Shown here piece by piece: positions 1-10,424 of a stretch of 64,000 nt of DNA (position 1 is its first letter; every line of letters begins with the position of its first letter). The stretch spans positions 1 to 64,000 of the forward strand of contig CAZSKP010000011.1 of the NCBI GenBank assembly GCA_964607485.1, written 5' to 3'. Origin of the DNA: an uncultured bacterium. Its GTDB lineage: Bacteria > Abyssobacteria > SURF-5. The notes under the pieces were generated by a model. The model was not told where the DNA came from. It ran no database searches and was given only the letters and a program-made list of their open reading frames with translations. The position numbers and the translations under genes were made by a program.

Positions 1-1
1 G

Positions 2-415
2 TATTGTGGGGTGTGTGGACTCTACGTCGCCTACAAAACCGACAATCAAAGGCTCAAGGAGAAGCTGGGCGGTGTGTACCAGATAGAACCGAAGGATATT
101 GTCTGCGAGGGATGCCTTTCAGACGTTGTGTTCGGCTTCTGCCGGGCCTGCCAGGTGAGGAACTGCGCCTTGGAGAAGCAGATTGCCGGCTGTCACGAAT
201 GCGACGAGTTCCCGTGCGAACGCATCGAAAACTTCCCGTTCGAAGTCGCCAAGGACTTCATGTTGAGCGGCACGAAGAGGCGGCGGGAGATGGGAACGGA
301 GAAATGGATCGAGTGGGAGACCGCCCACTACACCTGCAAGGAATGCGGCGGACTCGCCTTCCGGGGTGCGAGAAGGTGTCCCGATTGCAAGGCCGAGTTG
401 AAGCTTGAGGGATAG
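2..415 (+). CDS. DUF3795-like Cys-rich protein, 5' end outside window
   Basis: Frame is open from base 2 (YCGVCG...); motifs CEGC, CRAC..RNC, CHECDEFPC and a C-terminal CKEC/CPDC zinc ribbon. Confidence 0.75.
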   Translation, partial: YCGVCGLYVAYKTDNQRLKEKLGGVYQIEPKDIVCEGCLSDVVFGFCRACQVRNCALEKQIAGCHECDEFPCERIENFPFEVAKDFMLSGTKRRREMGTEKWIEWETAHYTCKECGGLAFRGARRCPDCKAELKLEG

Positions 416-487
416 GTCTTTCGAGGACGAACGCGGGCTTGTGATAATCCTGCGAAACGATTCTCCACCGGCGTTTGATCCTGCTTC

Positions 488-2020
488 TCAGTCGCTGCCG
501 GAGCGCAGGATCCTATCGCGGATATACCCGCTCTGCAGGCCGGCGAAGATGCCGCAGTCCTCGCACGAGGGGTCCTCACTGCACCAGTCGGCGAACATCT
601 GGAGCAGCCCCTGCTGCGTGCGAGCCGAGCGCGCGACTCGCTGTTTGCGTGAACTGCCAAACATCCGGTACTCCATCAGGCGGGTGACGTTGTTGGCCAG
701 CGGCGAGGGTAGGCCGCAGTAGAATCGATGTACGACTTCCTCTTCCTCTCCATGGCTTTTCATGCGGGCATCAAGCAAGCCCAGCGGCACACACGAGTTC
801 ACCACAATCGTCAGTGCCCTGTCACGGCCGACGAGGCTCACGGGCTTCGGCAACCTCTTCCCGCCCGGGCTGTAGCGGTACGACCAGTAATCGTCTTCGG
901 CGTCCGTCAAATACGCGACGCACTTCTTTCTCGCCTCACGCGCGTCACCTTTCGAGATGCAGGCCAAGAGCGACTCGAAAAGGCCGCCCTCGTATGAACG
1001 CGCGAGCACGTGGCTGACGCCTGCGATACGCCTTTGAGGCAAGTTGGCAGGCCGGACAGCGGACGCCTTCCATGCGATGTCGCCGCCTATATCGTCGAAG
1101 CCGTGGCCGCCCCACATTTCTTGCAGCGCTGAGAAATATTGCCGCGACTCAAGAGGTTCATCATCGTTCGCGCGATGGAGCAGCCCGGCGGCTCCCAGGA
1201 GGAGCGCCTGCGTCAGGCGCGTCACGTCTCCCGCGGCGTGTGCCGAGTCGGCCGATAGAGCCCGCTCGCGCAGCTTCGCATAGGGAAGCCTCTGCGCGAG
1301 TTGGCTGAACTGTTCCCTGTAAGCCTTGTACCCCATGCCTTCGAGCACGGCCGCGTACGCGACCTGATCGAGCTCATTTCGTTCCGCCTCGTATGCGAGC
1401 CGGCGCTGTTTCGCGATTATGCGGGCGTCGCCCGCGACGCCGAGCAGGCGCTGGGCGCTCTCGGGCGGCATCTCCTCGAGCAATCCCCGGCATCGCCCAA
1501 AGTTTCGCATGCTCCGGTACGGATACTCCTCGGGCCGGAGTGCACACTTGAGCACCCTCAGGTCGTCGGTGAGGCAGTCCCACAGGCCGACTTCGGGAAT
1601 CTCGACGCCGTGGCGGCTTACCGGCGGGCTTCCTGCGCCGCGTGACGTGAGGGTGACATGAAGGACGACGTTATCGTAGCGCGGGTCGAGCGAATGTTTG
1701 TGAAGTCGCCAGCCGGCGGGGTCGATGTGGAGCTCGACGTCGCCTTTGAGCCGTCTGCCACCGATGGTCAGGTCGGCATTCTTGAAATCGGGGCCGCTCT
1801 CGAGGTTCCAGGTGCCGGGCGAGTGGACCGATACCTTGCTTCCGTCGCGAGTGGCAAGCCGCTCTTCGTCAAAAAGCCGGTCGTACCAGATGCACCGCAG
1901 GAGCCTCTCGCTGATCTGTCCGCCGCTCGAGGCGAGCACATATTTCTGGGCGACCCTGTCGTGAAACGCGGGCGTGTTCTCGAACAGCCGGAAATATTCA
2001 TCGGAGAAAGGCACGTTCAC
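488..2020 (-). CDS. DUF2851 family protein
   Basis: PGTWN..GPDF, GDVELH, W..HKH..DPRYDNVVLHV, RPANLP.RRIA, QQGLLQ, C-terminal C..C..C. Confidence 0.85.
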   Translation of the reverse strand: MNVPFSDEYFRLFENTPAFHDRVAQKYVLASSGGQISERLLRCIWYDRLFDEERLATRDGSKVSVHSPGTWNLESGPDFKNADLTIGGRRLKGDVELHIDPAGWRLHKHSLDPRYDNVVLHVTLTSRGAGSPPVSRHGVEIPEVGLWDCLTDDLRVLKCALRPEEYPYRSMRNFGRCRGLLEEMPPESAQRLLGVAGDARIIAKQRRLAYEAERNELDQVAYAAVLEGMGYKAYREQFSQLAQRLPYAKLRERALSADSAHAAGDVTRLTQALLLGAAGLLHRANDDEPLESRQYFSALQEMWGGHGFDDIGGDIAWKASAVRPANLPQRRIAGVSHVLARSYEGGLFESLLACISKGDAREARKKCVAYLTDAEDDYWSYRYSPGGKRLPKPVSLVGRDRALTIVVNSCVPLGLLDARMKSHGEEEEVVHRFYCGLPSPLANNVTRLMEYRMFGSSRKQRVARSARTQQGLLQMFADWCSEDPSCEDCGIFAGLQSGYIRDRILRSGSD

Positions 2021-2112
2021 CCCTTTAGTCCGTTAAGCAAGTATTTCTTTGGAACCCACACGAACTCTCGCAGGAGACGCTTCGCTCGGCATGACACACG
2101 GGGCAGCGAGCG

Positions 2113-2334
2113 TCATTCGTGTATCGGAAAATCGTCTGCCAGGAGGAACGAGATCGTCATGTGGACGCGGTACTCAGTAATCTTGCCGTCCTCGATCTTC
2201 GCCTTCAGGCGCGTGACCTCTACTTCCCTAAGTCCGACGAGGGTGCGATTCGCCCTCTCGACCGCCTCGCACAGGGCGTCCTCCCATCCGTTCGGAGAAG
2301 AGGCGATTACGTCGGATGTCTTGATATTGGGCAC
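2113..2334 (-). CDS. Dodecin family protein
   Basis: 73 aa; SSPNGWEDA...RANRTL...IEDGKITEYRV..TISF; GGAGG upstream. Confidence 0.85.
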   Translation of the reverse strand: MPNIKTSDVIASSPNGWEDALCEAVERANRTLVGLREVEVTRLKAKIEDGKITEYRVHMTISFLLADDFPIHE

Positions 2335-2370
2335 GGTGCCACCTCCTGGACGTCTCCCGGAAATCCAGCC

Positions 2371-3366
2371 TCAGCGCTTGCCGCGTGCTTTCGAGATATA
2401 GTGAATTTTCCCGTCTATTTCCTCCGTCTCGACCGCTCCCTCCATCTCCAGCAGGTCGAGATGACCGATTGCCTCGGACATTCCCAGGTAGGTCTGGTAC
2501 GCGTCGATTCCGGGGAACAGATGGTTGCAGACGTCGTACGCCGTCCTCGGGGAACCGTCGAGGAACTTCAGCACCTTATGTTTGCGGACCTCGTGATGCA
2601 CGACCATGCTGTCTATGACATCGCCGATGTCGTGGATGATATCGCCGTGGCCGGTGAGGACAATGCTGATGTCGAACGCTTTCAGCCGCTGGATTGTGGC
2701 GACGTAGTCGGCGAGGCTGCGTGCACGCGGTTTGGAGGAGTCGCGCGGAAAATAAATGAGGGGCACGGGGCTTATGTGTTTCAAGAGGTTGTCGCCGGAA
2801 AACAGAACGCCAGCAGTGTGGTCGTAAAGGTTAATCATGCCCGGAGAGTGACCGGGGCAGTGGATGACTTGAAGCTCCTTATGTTTCAGACCGATTCTGT
2901 CCCCCTCGCCGACAGTGTGGGTGACCCTTATGGGGTCGCGCAATTGGTCGAATATGGGATGGCGCACGAGAATGGTCTTCAGCGAGCCCTCGGGCAGTCC
3001 CGACTTCAAGAGAAAGCTCTCGGTGCGCTTATACTGTTCGTCATCCTCCGACACATACCCGCGCGGGTTTTGCAGGTCGTGCGTCTCGAGCGGATGAGCA
3101 TACACGCGGGGATTGCCCTCAGCGGCGACGGTCGCCATCAGTCCGTAGTGGTCGAGGTGCGCGTGAGTGACGATCAATTGCTCGACGTCGCCGAAACAGA
3201 AGCCCAGCTTGGCCAAGCCGGAGCGGAGCGCTTCTTCGGCTTCGTCGGTCTTCAGGCCGGAATCGATAAGAGTGAGCGGCTCGTCCTCGATGAGGTATGA
3301 ATTTATGGCGCCGACATAAAAGGGCGTCGGCGTCGGAATCTGGTGAATACGTTCGGCTACCTTCAA
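2371..3366 (-). CDS. Metallo-beta-lactamase-fold hydrolase
   Basis: THAHLDH, PGHSPG, FSGD, TGHG metal-ligand motifs. Confidence 0.9.
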   Translation of the reverse strand: MKVAERIHQIPTPTPFYVGAINSYLIEDEPLTLIDSGLKTDEAEEALRSGLAKLGFCFGDVEQLIVTHAHLDHYGLMATVAAEGNPRVYAHPLETHDLQNPRGYVSEDDEQYKRTESFLLKSGLPEGSLKTILVRHPIFDQLRDPIRVTHTVGEGDRIGLKHKELQVIHCPGHSPGMINLYDHTAGVLFSGDNLLKHISPVPLIYFPRDSSKPRARSLADYVATIQRLKAFDISIVLTGHGDIIHDIGDVIDSMVVHHEVRKHKVLKFLDGSPRTAYDVCNHLFPGIDAYQTYLGMSEAIGHLDLLEMEGAVETEEIDGKIHYISKARGKR

Positions 3367-3438
3367 TGTAGAAAATCCGGTGTCAATCTTGCTTGCAGTC
3401 AGAACCGCGAGGGAAAGCCCAATGCGGAGGGCATGCTC

Positions 3439-3903
3439 TCAGGGTGTGACGTAGCCCGTACCGTCGCAATAGCCGCAGGGATACTCCGGCCGGAGCTTCG
3501 CCCTGCCCGTTCCCTTGCAACGGGGACACACTTCTGTCCTCGTGACCTCATGCGTCGGCCTTGTGAAATGCTTGAAATAGAACGTTCCGGCGAGCAATAT
3601 CCCCGCAAGAAGAAGCAGCAGTATGAAATACGTCTGCCGGCGCTGGACATTTTCGGCGGCCGCCGGCTCGCGCAGCATGCCCCACAGTGCGATTGAGGCC
3701 ATCACAAAAGCGAACACGAAGGCGACGTTGACCGGGTCGGGGACGAATCTCTTCAACATAAGCTTCAGGGTTGCCCTGTCGAGCCCCAGCCCGATATACA
3801 GAGTGAACACGAAAAGAGCGGCAACCAGCAACACCACGCCCGCGACGATAAGGTAGCGCTTCAGTACGTCTTCTTCCTCGCCCGGTCTGTAATCGTATGC
3901 CAT
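3439..3903 (-). CDS. Membrane protein with C-terminal DnaJ-type zinc finger
   Basis: Three hydrophobic segments, then CPRCKGTG and CGYCDGTG; start at MAYDY is my choice. Confidence 0.7.
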   Translation of the reverse strand: MAYDYRPGEEEDVLKRYLIVAGVVLLVAALFVFTLYIGLGLDRATLKLMLKRFVPDPVNVAFVFAFVMASIALWGMLREPAAAENVQRRQTYFILLLLLAGILLAGTFYFKHFTRPTHEVTRTEVCPRCKGTGRAKLRPEYPCGYCDGTGYVTP

Positions 3904-4070
3904 TGCGCAGTTGGCCTTTCTGTCCGTCAGCATGAATTTTATCACAACAACTCGCCCGTTTGCAAGGAGCAACGCCGACGGTCCGAGCCCTCGACAAGCG
4001 ACGGACGTTTGTGCTATATTAAGAGATGATTCGGTCCTCATCGAGCCCATGCATAAAGAGGTGAAAACGC

Positions 4071-5192
4071 TTGGCAGCCAAGGACTACTACAAGACGTTG
4101 GGGGTCTCAAAAACGGCGTCGGCCGATGAAATAAGGAATGCTTACCGCAAGCTGGCCAAGAAATACCACCCCGACAGGAACCCGAACGACAAGTCGGCGG
4201 AGGAGAAGTTCAAGCAGGTACAAGAGGCATATGATGTGCTCGGGGATGGCAGCAAGAGGAACCAATACGACCAGATGCGCGACGGCGGCTTCTACGGGTT
4301 TGCACCAGGCGGATTCGAGGGCTTCGGAGCACGGCCGGGCGCGGGAGGCCAGCAATTCAGGTACGAGGACCTTTCCGGATTCGGCGACATTGGAGACCTG
4401 TTCAGCTCGATCTTCGGGTTCGGCGGCGCGGGCCCTCGCGCTGGCCGGGGCGCTCATTTCGGGCCGATGAAGGGCGAGGACACCCACGCAGAGATAGAGA
4501 TACCGTTCGAGCTGGCCATAGCGGGCGGCAAGACGACGTTTCAGATAAGCCGTGAAGAGGATTGCGCCCAATGCGGAGGCTCGGGAATGGAGCCGGGCTC
4601 TGGCACACAGACGTGCCCCACCTGTCAGGGGCGGGGCAACGTCGCCACAAGCCAGGGCGCGTTCTCGATCAGCCGCCCGTGCCCCGGTTGCCTCGGTCGG
4701 GGCGTGGTGGGGGGCAAATCCTGCACGAAGTGCGGCGGAGCCGGCTCGACCATGCATGCGCGCTCCATCTCGGTCAAGATACCCGCCGGTGTCGGGAACG
4801 GCTCGAAGATACGCATCGCAGGACAGGGACAAAAAGGAGTTCAGGGCGGTCCGCCGGGCGACCTGATCCTGACGGTCCACGTGCGCGAGCACTCCAGGTT
4901 CAGGCGCAAGGGGAGCGACATCCACTCCGACGTGACGCTCAACCTGGCTCAGGCGGTGCTCGGAACTACCGTCGAGGTGGAAACAATCGACGGTCTCGTG
5001 AATCTTCGCATCCCGGCCGGCATTCAACCGGGCAAGAAGCTCCGGCTCAAGGGCAAAGGGGTAAAGAAGATGCACGGTAATGGCAGGGGCGACCATATCG
5101 TTCAGGTAAACGTCAAATTTCCTGAAAAGCTGAACGAATCCGAGAAGGAGGCGTTCACTCGTTTCGCCGAAGAGGCAAAGTTGGCTCACTAG
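4071..5192 (+). CDS. dnaJ: Chaperone DnaJ
   Basis: J domain with HPD, G/F-rich linker, four CxxCxGxG repeats, C-terminal domain; TTG start after GAGGTG. Confidence 0.95.
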   Translation: MAAKDYYKTLGVSKTASADEIRNAYRKLAKKYHPDRNPNDKSAEEKFKQVQEAYDVLGDGSKRNQYDQMRDGGFYGFAPGGFEGFGARPGAGGQQFRYEDLSGFGDIGDLFSSIFGFGGAGPRAGRGAHFGPMKGEDTHAEIEIPFELAIAGGKTTFQISREEDCAQCGGSGMEPGSGTQTCPTCQGRGNVATSQGAFSISRPCPGCLGRGVVGGKSCTKCGGAGSTMHARSISVKIPAGVGNGSKIRIAGQGQKGVQGGPPGDLILTVHVREHSRFRRKGSDIHSDVTLNLAQAVLGTTVEVETIDGLVNLRIPAGIQPGKKLRLKGKGVKKMHGNGRGDHIVQVNVKFPEKLNESEKEAFTRFAEEAKLAH

Positions 5193-5337
5193 CGGCTTGT
5201 CAACGTTGTTCTCAGAGGTATTTGCGGGATACAGGGCGGTACGCTCCACAGGAATTATGGGTCCATATCCACAACGACGATGGTGACCGTCCGCGAGGCT
5301 GGGCGGTGCGATTCGCAGGACGAGCGCGGGAGAAGGC

Positions 5338-5985
5338 ATGCAGATAGAGAATCTGATCGTACTCTACGTTGTGCTTCTGTTTTCCTGCTGCGTCCATGAG
5401 TTCGCACATGCGTGGACGGCGAACATGTGCGGCGACGACACGGCGCGGCTCTCTGGCCGGATGACGCTGAATCCCGTCGTGCATATAGATCCCATTGGTA
5501 CCATCGTGTTCCCGCTGATGGCCATCATATCGGGAATACCCTTCCTCTTCGGCTGGGCGAAGCCGGTGCCGGTAAACCCAAGCCGATTCCACAATTATCG
5601 CCGAGATGACATCATCGTTTCGATGTCCGGCATCGTCAGCAACCTCCTGCTCGCGTTCTTGGCGGCCACGATGCTCAGGTCCATCTACGTTTTTTGGGGG
5701 GGGCAGTTTGCCAGCCCGGTGATTTTTATCCTCCGTTACCTGATGTTGATAAACGTGGTGCTGGCAGTATTCAATCTGATTCCCATCCCTCCGCTCGACG
5801 GCTCGCGGGTGCTGTATCACTATCTGCCGCTGCGCACCGCATGGCAGTTCCGAAAGCTGGAACAGTTTGGATTCATTATACTTATCCTCGTACTCTTCTT
5901 CCTTATGTGGACCGGCGTTTTGGATGCGATTATTTTCTTGCCGCTGCACATATTCAGCTTCATCGCTGGTCCGCTGGGATTTTAG
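5338..5985 (+). CDS. Site-2 protease (peptidase M50)
   Basis: HEFAH and FNLIPIPPLDG motifs, several TM segments. Confidence 0.92.
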   Translation: MQIENLIVLYVVLLFSCCVHEFAHAWTANMCGDDTARLSGRMTLNPVVHIDPIGTIVFPLMAIISGIPFLFGWAKPVPVNPSRFHNYRRDDIIVSMSGIVSNLLLAFLAATMLRSIYVFWGGQFASPVIFILRYLMLINVVLAVFNLIPIPPLDGSRVLYHYLPLRTAWQFRKLEQFGFIILILVLFFLMWTGVLDAIIFLPLHIFSFIAGPLGF

Positions 5986-6079
5986 GAAGATGCGGTATTG
6001 CGTGCGGAACCCGTTTTACATCTCCGCTTTTTGCTGTCATAATAAAGTGTTGCAAGATTAGCCACAAGGAGGAATATGT

Positions 6080-6529
6080 ATGCAGATCACGCGCGCCGCA
6101 GAGTACGCGATACGTGGAGTATTATATCTCTGCTCGCAGCCGGAAGGCTCTGTATGTCTGTTGAACGAAATCTCTGAGCGCCAACAGATACCGGCCAGCT
6201 TTCTTTCCAAGATATTCCAGAACCTCTCGAGGGCCGGCATCGTCAGCTCTTCCAGAGGCACCGGAGGCGGGTTCACGCTCACCAAGGACCCACACGAGAT
6301 CACCCTTTTGGATGTACTGGAGGCAATAGAAGGGCAGATTTCGCTGAACGTATGCCTGACAAACGGAAGCGCCTGCGACAATCGGCCTACCTGCGCCGTG
6401 CATCATGTCTGGCGCGAGGCCCAGGAGCACCTGTTCGAGCTGTTGAGAAAGCACAATTTCGCGGAACTCGCAGAGTCTTCCCGCAAACTCGGCGAGGAAG
6501 CCGCCAGAGAACCCCATCCGAGCGATTAA
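6080..6529 (+). CDS. Rrf2 family transcriptional regulator, probably Fe-S binding
   Basis: ITRAAEYAIR, S.RGTGGGF, three C-terminal Cys (C-x6-C-x5-C). Confidence 0.92.
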   Translation: MQITRAAEYAIRGVLYLCSQPEGSVCLLNEISERQQIPASFLSKIFQNLSRAGIVSSSRGTGGGFTLTKDPHEITLLDVLEAIEGQISLNVCLTNGSACDNRPTCAVHHVWREAQEHLFELLRKHNFAELAESSRKLGEEAAREPHPSD

Positions 6530-6635
6530 CGGAACTCCCTCTCCGCGCTTCTCGAATCCTCAAAGGCATCTCTCTCTGTGTCCGTTCGCGAACAATTCAT
6601 GTAAATCTCCCCCGCTCCGCCTTCACCGACGCGGC

Positions 6636-6664
6636 TTGACAAGGGCGTACCCCTTTGCTAGTAT
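6636..6664 (+). promoter_or_regulatory. sigma70-type promoter of the crotonase gene
   Basis: TTGACA-17 bp-TAGTAT; the spacer holds an imperfect palindrome AAGGGCGTACCCCTT. Confidence 0.55.
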
Positions 6665-6739
6665 TCCCCCAGTTTTCCTGTAATTCGGACCCATAACCGC
6701 GCTGGCACTGGTTGAGGTAAGCCTTTGGGGGAAACCGAA

Positions 6740-7525
6740 ATGCAATTTGAAGACATCATTTGCGAGAAGAAAGACCGAATCGCACGCATCACAATCAACA
6801 GGCCGAAGGTGTTCAACGCCTTCCGCTCGAAGACGCTTGATGAACTCGCATTCGCGTTCGATGACGCGAGCAACGACGATTCGGTGGGCGTCGTGGTGCT
6901 GACGGGCGCGGGCGAGAAGGCGTTCTGCGCGGGCGGCGACATCTCCGAGATGGGGGAGCTCAGCCCTTCGGCGGGACGTGTGTTTCTGGGCAAATGCCTG
7001 AAGGTGTCCACCGCGATTCGCAATTGCAGCAAGCCGGTCATCGCGATGGTGCGCGGCTACTGCCTCGGCGGCGGCCACGAGATTCACCTGATGTGCGACA
7101 TCACGCTCGCGGCCGAAAGCGCGAAGTTCGGCCAGACCGGCCCGAGCGTCGGGAGCGTGCCCATCTGGGGCGGCACACAGATGCTCCCGCGCGTGGTCGG
7201 CGAAAAGAAAGCGCGCGAAATCGTCTTCCTGTGCAAGCGCTATTCCGCGAAAGAAGCCGAGGAGATGGGCCTCATCAACAAGGCCGTCCCCGACGACAAG
7301 CTCGAGGAGGAGACAGCGGCGTGGTGCGAGCGCATACTCGAGATGAGTCCGCAGGCGCTGAGCGTGGCGAAGGTGTCACTGAACTTCGAGACCGACCTGA
7401 TGTACGCCTCGTTCGTGCATGGCGCCGAGATGCTCCGGATCGTGTACGGGACCGACGAAATAAAGGAAGGCATGCACGCCTTCCTCGAAAAACGCAAACC
7501 CGACTTCAACAAGTTCCGGAAGTAA
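6740..7525 (+). CDS. Crotonase-family enzyme, MenB/BadI-like
   Basis: INRP..FNAF, AFCAGGD, GGGHE, FGQTGPSVGS, VGEKKAREI. Confidence 0.85.
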   Translation: MQFEDIICEKKDRIARITINRPKVFNAFRSKTLDELAFAFDDASNDDSVGVVVLTGAGEKAFCAGGDISEMGELSPSAGRVFLGKCLKVSTAIRNCSKPVIAMVRGYCLGGGHEIHLMCDITLAAESAKFGQTGPSVGSVPIWGGTQMLPRVVGEKKAREIVFLCKRYSAKEAEEMGLINKAVPDDKLEEETAAWCERILEMSPQALSVAKVSLNFETDLMYASFVHGAEMLRIVYGTDEIKEGMHAFLEKRKPDFNKFRK

Positions 7526-7529
7526 TGGG

Positions 7530-8630
7530 TTAGCTGCAGAGCTTTGTCACGGCAGGTTTCTTGCGGGCGCCGTGGATGGTGCGCGCCTTCTTGGCGCGTT
7601 CGATCCTGCGCTCGGCCATTCGGTCGGCGGCCAGATGGGTGTGTATCTTCTCTTCTTTCGCGATCCTGATGACGCGCGCGACCGAGTTGTAAATCCTCGC
7701 GGCCTTGTGAAGCGCGCGTGAGCGGTCGTATCCCTTGAGCTCCTCGGCCACGTTGATGAGCCCGCCCGCGTTTATCACGTAATCGGGGGCATACAGAATG
7801 CCGCGTTCTTCGAGCTTGTCGCCGTGTCGGTCAGCCTTGAGTTGGTTGTTGGCCGAGCCGGCGACAATCTTGCACTTGAGTTTGCGAATGTTCTTGTCGT
7901 CCAGGATTCCGCCCAGCGCGCACGGGGAGAAGATGTCGCACTCCACCGAATAAATCTTGTCGGGCGCCACGTATTCGGCACCGAACTCATTCACCACCTG
8001 CCTGGCCCTCTTCTTGTAAACGTCAGTGATGATGATGCGCGCGCCTTCTTTCGAGAGATACTTGGCAAGATTGTAGCCGACGTGGCCCGCCCCCTGGATG
8101 GCGACGGTGAGCCCGTCGAGGTCCTGCGTCTTGAAAACCGCCTTAGTACATGCTTTTATGCCGTGGAGCACTCCGTACGCTGTTACGGGAGACGGGTCGC
8201 CGCTCCCCCCTCGTCCGGTTTCCACGCCGACCACGCAGTTGGTCTCTCTCTGGATGACCGCCATGTCCTCGATGCTTGTGCCGACGTCTTCGGCGACGAT
8301 GTATCTGCCTCGAAGCGTGTTGACGAACCGGCCGAACGCGAGCAGCAGCGCCTCGGTCTTGTGCGTTTTCGGATTGCCGATGATGACGCTTTTCCCCCCG
8401 CCGAGGTTGAGGCCCGCGACCGACGCCTTGTATGTCATGCCCCGCGCGAGTCGGAGCGCGTCGTCGATGGCGGCGCGCTCGGAACTGTAATGCCAGAAAC
8501 GGCAGCCGCCCAAAGCGGGCCCGAGGACGGTACTGTGAATCGCGACAATGGCCTGAAGGCGGCTAGCCCGGTCCTGGAAGATAACCAGTTCCTCGTAGTC
8601 GTACTCCTCCATCCGCTGGAAAATTATCAT
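7530..8630 (-). CDS. ldh: Leucine (Glu/Leu/Phe/Val) dehydrogenase
   Basis: GPALGGCR, GMTYK, GGGKSV, AEDVGT, QGAGHVG, GSANNQL, APDYVINAGG. Confidence 0.92.
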   Translation of the reverse strand: MIIFQRMEEYDYEELVIFQDRASRLQAIVAIHSTVLGPALGGCRFWHYSSERAAIDDALRLARGMTYKASVAGLNLGGGKSVIIGNPKTHKTEALLLAFGRFVNTLRGRYIVAEDVGTSIEDMAVIQRETNCVVGVETGRGGSGDPSPVTAYGVLHGIKACTKAVFKTQDLDGLTVAIQGAGHVGYNLAKYLSKEGARIIITDVYKKRARQVVNEFGAEYVAPDKIYSVECDIFSPCALGGILDDKNIRKLKCKIVAGSANNQLKADRHGDKLEERGILYAPDYVINAGGLINVAEELKGYDRSRALHKAARIYNSVARVIRIAKEEKIHTHLAADRMAERRIERAKKARTIHGARKKPAVTKLCS

Positions 8631-8856
8631 GCAAACCTCCCGTTTCCTACCGGCTACTTCCAGAGGCGATCGGGCAGCTCTTCCATCTCGAATCGTTCCT
8701 TGACTTAAGACTCCGACCGATTAAAAAGGTTGGTTACATCCTAACACGATCGGCATGAGCATGCTATATGGGAGATTGCTTGCAGAACCACCGGGCCTCC
8801 GGCTGGAGCGAGGAACGCCTTGGCGCTGATTAGGGCTGTGGTCGTCTTGGCGACGG

Positions 8857-9507
8857 TTATTTCTTCCCTTGCAATCTCTTGAGGCCCTTCTGCTCGAGCT
8901 TTTTCGTGTACGCCGACCAGTTGTCCTCCTCGCCTGCTTTCTTCCGCCAAATGCGAAACTTGCACGTGGGAGCGCCCGCCGGGATGATGCTCTCGAACGC
9001 GACGTTGAAATCGTCGAGACCCAGCTTCTCGCGGCAGTGGTCGAGTATGCCCTGCACGAAATAGCGTTGCACGCGACAGTCGAAGGGCAGGTAGGTATCC
9101 TGAAGCGGACACCATAGGATGTCGAACCCGCACTCGTTCTCGCTGACAATCCACGGGTCTTCGAGCGAGGCCCAGAGGATGGTGTTCGCATACGTCGCGA
9201 TGAAGCTCATCAGCTCCACCTGCGGGAGATCGGGCGGAATGTTCGCCCCCTCGAGCATCTGGCGCGCGGCGTCGCGGCCGACCTTCCTAATCGCCTCTCC
9301 GCACACATTCTGGCCCTCTTCGCCGAACTTTTCCTCGACATCCTTCAGAATCTGGAGGACACCCAGCGACATCATGGTCCCCCACTGGTAGATGACGGCA
9401 GGGTCGAAATCGGGCCGCGAGAGCACGTCCTCCCTGAGCTTCTCGACCGCCTTCTTATAAGCAACCCCGAACTCAACGCGCTTCCGGTTCTTTTCGTCTC
9501 TCGGCAT
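8857..9507 (-). CDS. Hypothetical protein, possibly ATC-hydrolase/V4R-like
   Basis: Operon position, GGAGG before ATG 9507, WCP...C...G.PTCKF pattern. Confidence 0.6.
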   Translation of the reverse strand: MPRDEKNRKRVEFGVAYKKAVEKLREDVLSRPDFDPAVIYQWGTMMSLGVLQILKDVEEKFGEEGQNVCGEAIRKVGRDAARQMLEGANIPPDLPQVELMSFIATYANTILWASLEDPWIVSENECGFDILWCPLQDTYLPFDCRVQRYFVQGILDHCREKLGLDDFNVAFESIIPAGAPTCKFRIWRKKAGEEDNWSAYTKKLEQKGLKRLQGKK

Positions 9508-9530
9508 GATCAGCGCCTCCATTCCACAAA

Positions 9531-10424
9531 TCAGGACCCGAGCCCCGCGTCGGCGAGGACTCGCGAGACCAGTTGCCTGTTTTCGTCCGTGAGCGGCGGC
9601 AGCGGGTCTTTTGCGGTCGGTGTGATGGGGTGGCCCAACTGCCGAAGCGCCTCCTTCATTATCGCATGCGGAGCGGATGAGGCGGTCATGAGCGGCATGA
9701 ACTTGAAGATGAACGACTGAAGCTCGCCTGCCTTCTCAGTGTCTCCGCTCTTTATCGCGTTGTAGAATTCGACACACTGTTTTGGCACGAGATTGGCAAT
9801 AACGCCGATGGCGCCGCATCCGCCGCGTTCCATCACCGCCGTCAGGTTGAGAACCGTGCCGGAGAAGACGGAGAACGGCTTCTTCCCTTTCATGAGCCTC
9901 ACAAGCTCGCCCACCTCGTCGATGTCGAGGATGGTTTCCTTCACGCCGACGATCTGTTCCATCCCGGCAAGTTCGGCGATTTCTGCGGGAGAAAGCGTCA
10001 GCCGGGTCGCGTCGGGAAAGTTGTAGTACAGTATCGGGAAAGCAGCCTCGTTGGAGATACGCTCGTAGTGTCTCCTAACATCCTCGAATCCGAGTCGATA
10101 GTAGATGGGCAGGGCGATCATCGCCGCGTCGGCGCCCGCGTCGCGCGCATATTTTGTGAGAGCGATCGTCTGGTCGGTGCCCATGTAGCCCGTGCCGATA
10201 ACGACGGGCACTCTTCCTTTCGCCTGCTCGACCACGATGTCGATGAGCTGTCTTTTCTCCTCGTCGGACAGGTACGGATATTCGCCATTGCTCCCCAGAA
10301 CGACAAGTCCGTGTACTCCTTCGCCGATGAAATGGTCCACCATGTGACGCATCGCGCGTTCGTCAATAACATCGTCCTCGAACGGCGACATCATGACAAC
10401 AAATATTCCTTCGAGTTTTTTCAT
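9531..10424 (-). CDS. DapA/class I aldolase family protein
   Basis: GSNGE, YYNFP, GVKET (Schiff-base Lys); ATGA overlap with the upstream gene. Confidence 0.9.
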   Translation of the reverse strand: MKKLEGIFVVMMSPFEDDVIDERAMRHMVDHFIGEGVHGLVVLGSNGEYPYLSDEEKRQLIDIVVEQAKGRVPVVIGTGYMGTDQTIALTKYARDAGADAAMIALPIYYRLGFEDVRRHYERISNEAAFPILYYNFPDATRLTLSPAEIAELAGMEQIVGVKETILDIDEVGELVRLMKGKKPFSVFSGTVLNLTAVMERGGCGAIGVIANLVPKQCVEFYNAIKSGDTEKAGELQSFIFKFMPLMTASSAPHAIMKEALRQLGHPITPTAKDPLPPLTDENRQLVSRVLADAGLGS

